The notes beneath the pieces were generated by a model. The model saw only the letters and a list, made by a program, of their open reading frames with translations, did not search any database and had not been told where the DNA came from. Shown here one piece after another: positions 7,060 through 13,387 of a DNA stretch of 13,387 nt. Location: contig JBGPXN010000120.1 in NCBI GenBank assembly GCA_041492755.1, forward strand, positions 1-13,387, read 5' to 3'. This DNA comes from Candidatus Methylomirabilia bacterium (GTDB lineage: Bacteria; Methylomirabilota; Methylomirabilia; Rokubacteriales; CSP1-6). The position numbers were made by a program, and so were the translations under genes. The first letter of the stretch is position 1; each line of letters begins with the position of its first letter.

Positions 7060-7599
7060 ATGGCCAAGCTACCCGACGCCCTCGCCTCGCCCACGCCCGA
7101 GGCCAAGAAGGTCTACGAGAAGATCAGCGCCAAGCGCGGCGCCGTGCGCGGTCCGTTCGCCTCGCTCATCCACCACCCGGCCGTGGCCGAGAAAGTGGGC
7201 GACCTCGGTGAGTGTCTCCGCTTCGGCGGCACCCTGCCCGGCGACCTCCGCGAGCTCGCGATCCTCATCATTGCCCGCTCGGTGAACCAGGGCTACGAGT
7301 GGGTCGCCCACGCGAAGATCGCGAAGAACGAGAAGGTCCCCGACGACGTCATCGAGCGCGTGCGCACGAAGGGCGACCTGTCGACCCTGCCGCCGCGGTA
7401 CGCCAAGCCGGCGCGGGTGGTCCAGCACGTGCTGGCCTACGAGTCCATTCCGCAAAAGCTCGCCGACGAGGTGCAGGGCGAGCTCGGCGTCACCGGCTTG
7501 ATGGAGCTGGTGGTGCTGGCCGGGCAGTATCGCCTGATCGCCGGCGTGCTCTTCGCGTTCGACACGCCGCTGCCGGAGGGCACGCCCGCGCCCTTCTGA
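7060..7599 (+). CDS. Carboxymuconolactone decarboxylase (CMD)/AhpD-like family protein (179 aa)
   Basis: SD GGAGGAG before the ATG at 7060. Motifs GPFASLIHHP, LRELAILIIAR and YEWVAH match CMD-like proteins; there is no CxxC. Confidence 0.88.
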   Translation: MAKLPDALASPTPEAKKVYEKISAKRGAVRGPFASLIHHPAVAEKVGDLGECLRFGGTLPGDLRELAILIIARSVNQGYEWVAHAKIAKNEKVPDDVIERVRTKGDLSTLPPRYAKPARVVQHVLAYESIPQKLADEVQGELGVTGLMELVVLAGQYRLIAGVLFAFDTPLPEGTPAPF

Positions 7600-7627
7600 T
7601 CGGCGGCCGCCGCCAAGTCGCGTGCGG

Positions 7628-10600
7628 TCACGTCCGCAGCACGTCCTGAACGGTCTGGACCACCTCGTCGATGCTGAACGGCTTGGCGAGCGTGTGAAGG
7701 CCGGCGACGGTGAGCTCCTGGACGAATTCGCGACTGTCCGGGCTCAGGGTGTCGCCGGTCAGGAAGACGAAGCGGCGGCGCAGCTCGGGGTGGGACTGGA
7801 CCGCCAACCGATAGAGCGCCGGCCCGCTCAGCACGGGCATCCGGATGTCGCAGAGCACGAGGTCCCACGCCTCCTCGTCGAGCCGCTGCAGCGCGGTGTG
7901 CCCGTCTCTGACCGTTTCCACGTGCTGGCCGGCCTCGGCCAGGAACTCGGCCAGGAGGCTTCCGACCTCGGCCTCGTCGTCGACGACGAGGATGCGCTTT
8001 CCCTGGATCGCCGCGCTTGCCCCCGCCGCTTCGACCTCGGCGGCGGCGGTGCGGACCGACGGATCGACGAGCAGCTCGACCGTGAAGCGGGCGCCTCGCC
8101 CCGGACGGCCCTCCACGCGGATCGTTCCGCCGTGACTCTCCACGATGCCCCTGCACAGCGACAAGCCCAGGCCGGTGCCCACTCCCTGCGGCTTCGTCGT
8201 GAAGAACGGCTCGAAGAGCCGGGCCTCGACGTTCGGCGGGATGCCGGGCCCGTTGTCCTCCATGCTGAGGGCCACGTGGCGATCGTCCGCGGTGACGCGC
8301 GTGCTGACCGTCAGCCGGCGGGGCGCCGGCCTCTCGCGCAGCGCCTGGTGGGCGTTCGTCACGAGATTGACGACGACCTGCTGGAGCTGGTGGGGATCGG
8401 CCAGCAACCCCGGAAGCGGCTCTTCGAGCTCCAGCACCACCTCGACGCCGTCGACCCTGAGCGGATACGCGAGCAGCTCGAGGGCCTCCCCCACCACCCG
8501 GTTCAGCGACACCGTCTGCCGTTCGGCCGGCTGCTGGCGCGCGAGCGCCAAAAAGTTCTTCACGATGCGCGCGCAGCGCTCGGCGGCCTCCAGCAACTTG
8601 CCGCTCGATTTCGCCAGCTCCCCGCCCGGAAGCTGCCGTTTGAGCAGGCTCGCGCGGCCCACCACCACCGAGAGCGGGTTGTTGAGCTCGTGGGCGACGC
8701 CGGCCAGGAGCTGCCCCATCGCCGCGATCTTCTCCGTCTGCCGAAGCGTTTCCTCGGCTTGCCGCCGGTCGGTGACGTCGCGGGAGTTCACGACGATGCC
8801 CTGGATCGTCGAGTCGTCGAGCAGGTTCCGGCCGACGGCCTCGAGCACGCGCCACGAGCCGTCCTTGTGGCGGAACCGGAACTCGGCCGAGCCCGCATAC
8901 CCGGGGATGGCGGTGCCCTGGAGCGCGTCGAGCACGGCCTGACGGTCGTCCTCGTGGATGAGGTCGAAGGCGCTGCGGCCGACCAGCTCGTCCGGCGCCC
9001 ACCCCAGTACCCGTTCGATGGACGGGCTCCCGTATCGGATGATCGCGTCGCGATCGAGGACGGTGATGATGTCCAGCGCGTTCTCGATGAGCGAGCGGAA
9101 CCGGGCCGCGCTGTCGCGTAGCGCATCCTCCGCGGCCGCCCGCTCCGTGATCTCGTGGAGCGCCGCCGCGTACAGCCGGGCGTTTTCCAGGGCGATCGCG
9201 CCACACGTCGCGAAGCGTTCGAGGGCGGCGAAGTCGTCCGCCGAGAATCGCGGCGCGTCCTCCCCTTCCCGGCGCATGGAGATGACGCCGATCACGCGCC
9301 CGCTCACCAGCAGCGGCTGGGCCATCGCGCGAGTGGTGCCGATCCCGACGAACTTCGAGAGCGCGTGCGGCCACCGCGCGTAGTCGTTGACGAGCACACC
9401 CTCCCGCGTCGCCGCGCACATGCCGACGATTCCCCGGCCCACCGCGAGCGTGGAATCGACCATCGCGTCCGCGGGACTGGAGGCGCGGAGCTGGAGCGTG
9501 TCCTCGCGCTCGAGGAGGAAGATGCCGCCGGTGGACGCGAACAAGGCCGCGGCCCGGTCGACGATCATGCGAAGGAGTCGATCGACGTCCAGCTCGGACG
9601 TGATCTCGCGCTCGACCCCGGCCAGGGCTTCGATCTGCGCGCGCCGGGCCGTTTCCAGGGAGAACAGCCGCGCGTTCTCCAGCGCGAGGGCGGCCTGGTC
9701 GGCCACGGCCTGGACCAGGGCGATCTCCTGGTGGCTGAAAATGCGGCCGGGGTCGTCGCCGACGCTCAACCCGCCGATGACCTGCGTGCCCGCCCGCAAC
9801 GGCACCGCGAGGATCGCGCGGTCATTGCTCTCCAGGAAATATCGCTGCATCGGCTCGGCGAAGGCGACCCCCGGGTCGGCGAGCAGGTCGGGCGTCGTGA
9901 TCGCTCGTCCCTCGGCCACGGCGCGGCCGATGACACCGTGGCCGGCGGGCATCACGTGGCCAGGCTGGAAGAATGGCAGGGCCCGGCCCGCCACCGCGAC
10001 CGCGCGCGCGGAACCGTCGGGCTCGACGACGCGGAGCGCGGCCGATTTCGCGCCGACCAGCTCCAGCATCATCTCGGCGATCCGGCGCGCGACCACCTCC
10101 AGGTCGAGCGATTCGCCGAGGGCGCGCGCCACGTGCGCCAGCATCTCGCTCTCCTGCCGCCGCCGCTCCGAGGCCTGGTAGAGGGTGGCGTTGCGGAGCG
10201 CCAGCGCGACCTGGCCGACGAAGACTTCCAGGAGTTGCTCGTCGTCCGCGTCGAGACGGAAGGGATCGTGCCCGACGAGCACGATGACCGCGAGCAACCG
10301 GTCATCCTGGACGACGGGCAGGCCCAGGTAGCTCTTGAGTCCGCGGGCGCGCCACCATTCCGGGGCCATCACCCGCGCGTCGGCTTCGATGTCGTCGATG
10401 TTGAGTGACTGGCGGTGGGTCGCGATCCAGCCGGTCCCCCCTTCGCTGAACGTCATCCGCCGCACCGGAAAGTCGTCCGTCGTGTCCGAAGTGGCGCGCA
10501 TCTCGAGCACGCGCGCCTCCTCGTCCACCATCCACACCGAAACAACGGCCGCGCCGGCCAGCGCGGCCGTCGCCTGCGCGATCTCGCGGAGGACGCGGTC

Positions 10601-12271
10601 CACGTCGAGCGAGGAGGACATCATGCGGTTGAGCTGCGCCATCGACTCCAGCCGGCGCATCCGGCGCTCGGTGGCGCCGTGGAGGCGCGCGCTGTCGAGG
10701 CAGACCGCGGCGTGGTGGACGAACCCTTGCGCGAGCGCGACCTCGTCCTCGGTGAACTCACGCCCGGTGCGGTCCGCCACGACCAGCACGCCGGACAGCT
10801 TTCCCCGCGCGATGAGCGGCACGGCCAGCCGGGCCCGGTCCACGTCGTTGAGACGTCTGGCGTGCAGGTCCGGTGACCACGTGACGCGCGGGTCGGCAAG
10901 CGCGTCCGGGCAGGCGACGGCACGCCGCTCGCGGATGGCCACCGCGGTGAGCCCGGCCCCCTCCGGGAGGACCTCGACCCACTCGAACGGTAGCTCGCTC
11001 CGTCGCGCCGCGGCAAAGCAGGCCAGGGCACCGCCACCGGGACGGGGATGGTAGATCGCGGCGCCGTGAGCACGGAGCAGCTCGGTGACGCGGTCGACGA
11101 CGATCCCGGCGACGACGCGAAGGTCGAGCGTTTGGGCGAGCGAATCGGCGACGTCGGCGAGCGCCCGGCTCACCGCCTCGGCCCGCCGGTGCTCGGTGAC
11201 GTCGCGGGTGATCCCGATGATCGCGACGACGGCATCTCCGGTGCCCCGCAACGGGACCGCGTGCGTCTCCACGCGGCGCCGCCGGCCACGCAGACCCGTG
11301 ATCTCGAACTCCAGCGTGCCGGGCTCGCCGCGAAGCACCCGGGCGGCGAGGGCCTCGAAGGCCGGCCGGTCGTCAGCGGCGACGAACGACACCGCCGGGC
11401 GTCCAACGACCTGCTCGAGGGCGTCGGCCTCCAGGAAAGCCAAGCCGGCGCGATTGACACTGAGGAGCACCCCGTCGCGGCCGATGACCTTGACGCATTC
11501 GGGCTCGGCATCGACGATCATGCGCAGGAGCTTCTCGCGCTCGGCCAGGCTCTCCTCGGCGCTCCGGCGGTCGGTCACGTCCTCGATGCACCCCTCGTAG
11601 TAGAGGACGCTGCCGTCGGCGGCGCGCACGGTGCGCGCGCTCTGCCGGACCCAGATCACCCGCCCGTCGTGACGGCGCAGTCGCACCTCGTGGCCGCGGA
11701 CCTTCCCTTCCCGCTCTTCACGGTCGAGGTGGGCGACCCGGTCCGCCGGGTCGGCGTAGAGGTCGCCGGCATTCACGGCGAGAAGCGATGCGCGATCGGG
11801 AAGGCCGAGCAGCTCCACCAGCGCGGCATTCGCGTCGAGGATCCTGCCTTCGCGCGTCGTGCGGAACAGTCCCACCGGCAGCTGCTCGAAGAAGCTCCGG
11901 TAACTATGCTGCGGATCGGAGGCGGCCAACAGCTTCCGGAGCGTCGGTACGAGCTCGGCCAGCATCCCGGGCCGCGAGACGCAGGCGTCGGCCCCGGCCG
12001 CCGTACCGTCCGCGTCGGTGCCGCGCGGGGTGAGCACCACGACGAGGGGCGCACCGGGCTCCTGCTTGATACCGCCGGCGACCTGGACTCCTTGCTTCCG
12101 CGGCATCGCGAGGTCCACCAGCACGACGTCGGGGCGAAGGCGCGCGACCTGCTCGCGCGCGTCACGGGCGGTCGCCGAGCCTATGAGGTCGAGATCGGTC
12201 TCACCAGCCAGAAGCCGCCGGATCGAATCGACGAGCCCCTTGCTGTCGGCGACGAGGAACACGGTGACCAT
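7628..12271 (-). CDS. Multi-sensor hybrid histidine kinase: REC-PAS-PAS-GAF-GAF-GAF-GAF-PAS-HisKA-HATPase_c-REC (1547 aa)
   Basis: H-box AGVAHELNNPL, N-box NLVTNA, G1 DNGPG, F-box FEPFFTTK, G2 GTGLGL. The C-terminal REC has LVVDDE, VLCDIRMP and KPF. Three PAS/PAC units end in DVTD/ERR, and four GAF-like units end in ALENARL-type helices. No transmembrane segment is apparent. Confidence 0.95.
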   Translation of the reverse strand: MVTVFLVADSKGLVDSIRRLLAGETDLDLIGSATARDAREQVARLRPDVVLVDLAMPRKQGVQVAGGIKQEPGAPLVVVLTPRGTDADGTAAGADACVSRPGMLAELVPTLRKLLAASDPQHSYRSFFEQLPVGLFRTTREGRILDANAALVELLGLPDRASLLAVNAGDLYADPADRVAHLDREEREGKVRGHEVRLRRHDGRVIWVRQSARTVRAADGSVLYYEGCIEDVTDRRSAEESLAEREKLLRMIVDAEPECVKVIGRDGVLLSVNRAGLAFLEADALEQVVGRPAVSFVAADDRPAFEALAARVLRGEPGTLEFEITGLRGRRRRVETHAVPLRGTGDAVVAIIGITRDVTEHRRAEAVSRALADVADSLAQTLDLRVVAGIVVDRVTELLRAHGAAIYHPRPGGGALACFAAARRSELPFEWVEVLPEGAGLTAVAIRERRAVACPDALADPRVTWSPDLHARRLNDVDRARLAVPLIARGKLSGVLVVADRTGREFTEDEVALAQGFVHHAAVCLDSARLHGATERRMRRLESMAQLNRMMSSSLDVDRVLREIAQATAALAGAAVVSVWMVDEEARVLEMRATSDTTDDFPVRRMTFSEGGTGWIATHRQSLNIDDIEADARVMAPEWWRARGLKSYLGLPVVQDDRLLAVIVLVGHDPFRLDADDEQLLEVFVGQVALALRNATLYQASERRRQESEMLAHVARALGESLDLEVVARRIAEMMLELVGAKSAALRVVEPDGSARAVAVAGRALPFFQPGHVMPAGHGVIGRAVAEGRAITTPDLLADPGVAFAEPMQRYFLESNDRAILAVPLRAGTQVIGGLSVGDDPGRIFSHQEIALVQAVADQAALALENARLFSLETARRAQIEALAGVEREITSELDVDRLLRMIVDRAAALFASTGGIFLLEREDTLQLRASSPADAMVDSTLAVGRGIVGMCAATREGVLVNDYARWPHALSKFVGIGTTRAMAQPLLVSGRVIGVISMRREGEDAPRFSADDFAALERFATCGAIALENARLYAAALHEITERAAAEDALRDSAARFRSLIENALDIITVLDRDAIIRYGSPSIERVLGWAPDELVGRSAFDLIHEDDRQAVLDALQGTAIPGYAGSAEFRFRHKDGSWRVLEAVGRNLLDDSTIQGIVVNSRDVTDRRQAEETLRQTEKIAAMGQLLAGVAHELNNPLSVVVGRASLLKRQLPGGELAKSSGKLLEAAERCARIVKNFLALARQQPAERQTVSLNRVVGEALELLAYPLRVDGVEVVLELEEPLPGLLADPHQLQQVVVNLVTNAHQALRERPAPRRLTVSTRVTADDRHVALSMEDNGPGIPPNVEARLFEPFFTTKPQGVGTGLGLSLCRGIVESHGGTIRVEGRPGRGARFTVELLVDPSVRTAAAEVEAAGASAAIQGKRILVVDDEAEVGSLLAEFLAEAGQHVETVRDGHTALQRLDEEAWDLVLCDIRMPVLSGPALYRLAVQSHPELRRRFVFLTGDTLSPDSREFVQELTVAGLHTLAKPFSIDEVVQTVQDVLRT

Positions 12272-12508
12272 GCTCGAACTGCTGCTACTTTAGTCCCGTC
12301 GCCCCGCGACCCGTGCACGCTTTGACGGATCCCGCCGACCCGTGCTCCCCTCCCGGCCGTTTGCCAGACGAAGCCTTCCGTCGCTTGTCGGTCGCATCCG
12401 CCGTGAATAGTCCCCCCTGGGTGTCGGAGGAATGAGCCGGCTGTGTGGGGGATTGCCCCACCCTCTTCACGACGCGGAAGCTCGAGTTCGTAGGGCGTCT
12501 CTACTTAT

Positions 12509-12517
12509 GTATATACT
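12509..12517 (+). promoter_or_regulatory. Putative -10 box (TATACT) overlapping the palindrome GTATATAC, upstream of brnT
   Basis: AT-rich island TTATGTATATACT. TATACT (12512-12517) is 5 nt before the GTG start, and there is no SD sequence. Confidence 0.55.
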
Positions 12518-12522
12518 GAACC

Positions 12523-12807
12523 GTGTTCGAGTGGGACGCGGCGAAAGCTTGGGCGAATCTGGCCAAGCATGGCGTCTCTTTCGAAGAGGCGGCGTCGGTC
12601 TTCGACGACATCGCGGCGCTGGATGGTCCAGACATTGTTCATTCAGCGGCGGAGGCACGATTTTTTCGAATCGGGCGCTCCGCCTCGAGGCGGGTACTGA
12701 CCGTCGCCTACACGGTAAGGAGCCACGGGAATGAAGAAACGATCAGAGTCATCAGCGCGAGAAGGGCAAGCCGCAAGGAAAGAAAGGCGTACCTCGAGAA
12801 CCCGTAA
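12523..12807 (+). CDS. brnT: BrnT family ribonuclease toxin (type II TA)
   Basis: FEWDxxK...NLAKHGVSFEEAASVF...HS..E.RF..IG...IRVISARRA...ERKAY is the characteristic BrnT pattern. Confidence 0.93.
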   Translation: MFEWDAAKAWANLAKHGVSFEEAASVFDDIAALDGPDIVHSAAEARFFRIGRSASRRVLTVAYTVRSHGNEETIRVISARRASRKERKAYLENP

Positions 12808-13027
12808 GATCGATTTCTCGGACATCCCCGAAGCGTCAGCCACCCAACTGCGGGCGATGCAGCGGGTCGGGCGGCCGCCGCTCGGTGCGTCACCCAGACA
12901 ACTCATTGCCATCCGACTCGACCCCGACATCCTGCTCTGGGCGAAGCGAGAAGCTAAACGGCGGTCAATTGGCTACCAAACGCTCATCAACGAGGTCCTC
13001 GCCAAGCGGGCTAGAGCCTCGGCCTAA
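12731..13027 (+). CDS. brnA: BrnA family antitoxin (C-terminal ribbon-helix-helix)
   Basis: IDFSDIPE, GRPP and IAIRLDPDILLW...GYQTLINEVL match BrnA. SD AAGGAG at 12717-12722 lies inside brnT; the gene overlaps brnT by 77 nt. Confidence 0.9.
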   Translation: MKKRSESSAREGQAARKERRTSRTRKIDFSDIPEASATQLRAMQRVGRPPLGASPRQLIAIRLDPDILLWAKREAKRRSIGYQTLINEVLAKRARASA

Positions 13028-13266
13028 TGCCCCGTTCGCGAAGTCATGTTAACGATCACCGCGCGGCGGGGCCGATGGGCGGGTGCGACAGGGGTCGAGG
13101 GACCACGAGGCACGCGTTCGCTGCTCCGGAGCGGCTGGGCTCCATCTGGGCGCGGTGCGTCCGTTGCCCCGCGGCGGGAAACGGGTCCTTCGACCCCTGT
13201 CGCACCCGCCCATCGGCCCAGCGCCGCGTGTTGCGGGTTCTTAACATGATTTCCCGAACGGAACAC
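13027..13266. mobile_element. Non-autonomous MITE, IS630/Tc1-mariner-like, 240 bp
   Basis: Terminal inverted repeats at 13027-13052 and 13241-13266 match at 21/26 positions. TA flanks both ends (13025-13026 and 13267-13268), reconstituting an empty CTAG site. No transposase is present. Confidence 0.75.
13069..13219. repeat. 36-bp internal inverted repeat within the MITE
   Basis: GGGCCGATGGGCGGGTGCGACAGGGGTCGAGGGACC (13069-13104) matches the reverse complement of 13184-13219 at 35/36 positions. Confidence 0.95.
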
Positions 13267-13269
13267 TAG

Positions 13270-13387
13270 CCTGGATTATTCGTAAACGCGCACACCGCGA
13301 TCGACCGGGGGGCACGGGCGGAGATGGGTGGATGGGGTCCGGGTGACCCATTTCCCGCCACGCGAGATGACGACGTCGCCGTATGGA
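13270..13387. repeat. Probable second MITE-like repeat, truncated by the window edge
   Basis: Begins CCTGGATTATTCGTAAA. Positions 13345-13362 match the reverse complement of MITE 13170-13187 at 16/18, with collinear flanking GATGGG(C/T)GG(G/A)TG and ATGGA motifs. Confidence 0.45.

Noticed and set aside
1339..7106. N-terminal extensions in the track for the dioxygenase (1440), ATPase (3634), NMT1-like binding protein (4440), family-5 binding protein (7106) and CMD protein (6652)
   Set aside because: Family similarity, signal peptides and SD sites point to downstream starts at 1338, 3232, 4215, 6923 and 7060. Most of the extensions overlap neighbouring genes.
7600..7627. Bidirectional terminator between the convergent CMD and kinase genes
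   Set aside because: Only a short, weak GC stem with no U-tract on either strand.
55..12325. Many long antisense or alternate-frame ORFs in the track (e.g. 55-855, 1692-2660, 3301-4305, 4400-5329, 5547-7004, 7437-9419, 7622-9121, 9155-10408, 11048-12325)
   Set aside because: They shadow well-supported genes, are Arg/Gly/Ala/Pro-rich with no recognisable motifs, and are expected from stop-codon scarcity in high-GC DNA.
12285..12734. Small ORFs in the kinase-brnT intergenic region (12285-12470, 12432-12734, 12467-12658)
   Set aside because: No recognisable protein features; two overlap brnT out of frame or antisense. 12432 has an SD-like GGAGG but almost no spacing to its ATG.
13069..13219. 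CRISPR array or intact tRNA gene
   Set aside because: The 36-bp units are inverted and occur only twice, no cas genes are present, and no cloverleaf can be formed.
13024..13269. Mirror-image small ORFs on both strands (13024-13266, 13027-13269, 13046-13249, 13056-13247)
   Set aside because: Their shared peptide (GRWAGATGVEGP) results from the DNA inverted repeat; there is no transposase or other protein motif.

Overview
High-GC bacterial window of mostly minus-strand metabolic, transport and signalling genes. From left to right: a DJ-1/PfpI protein (runs off the left edge; missing from the ORF track), a TauD/TfdA dioxygenase, a NitT/TauT-type ABC transporter (permease, ATPase, binding protein), a 5'-truncated cyanuric acid hydrolase/barbiturase-family gene, an orphan family-5 ABC binding protein divergent from a CMD/AhpD-like gene, a 1547-aa REC-PAS2-GAF4-PAS-HisKA-HATPase-REC hybrid kinase, and a brnT/brnA toxin-antitoxin pair. 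Two lower-GC (~60%) plus-strand gene-tail remnants sit in intergenic gaps: an orphan PEP-CTERM-like sorting signal, and an unknown fragment fused to the broken amidohydrolase. At the right end, a 240-bp palindromic IS630-like MITE appears to have inserted into the brnA stop codon (TA duplication). It is followed directly by a second, edge-truncated element with a related internal core but a different terminus. All calls come from reading motifs by eye; no database searches were run.
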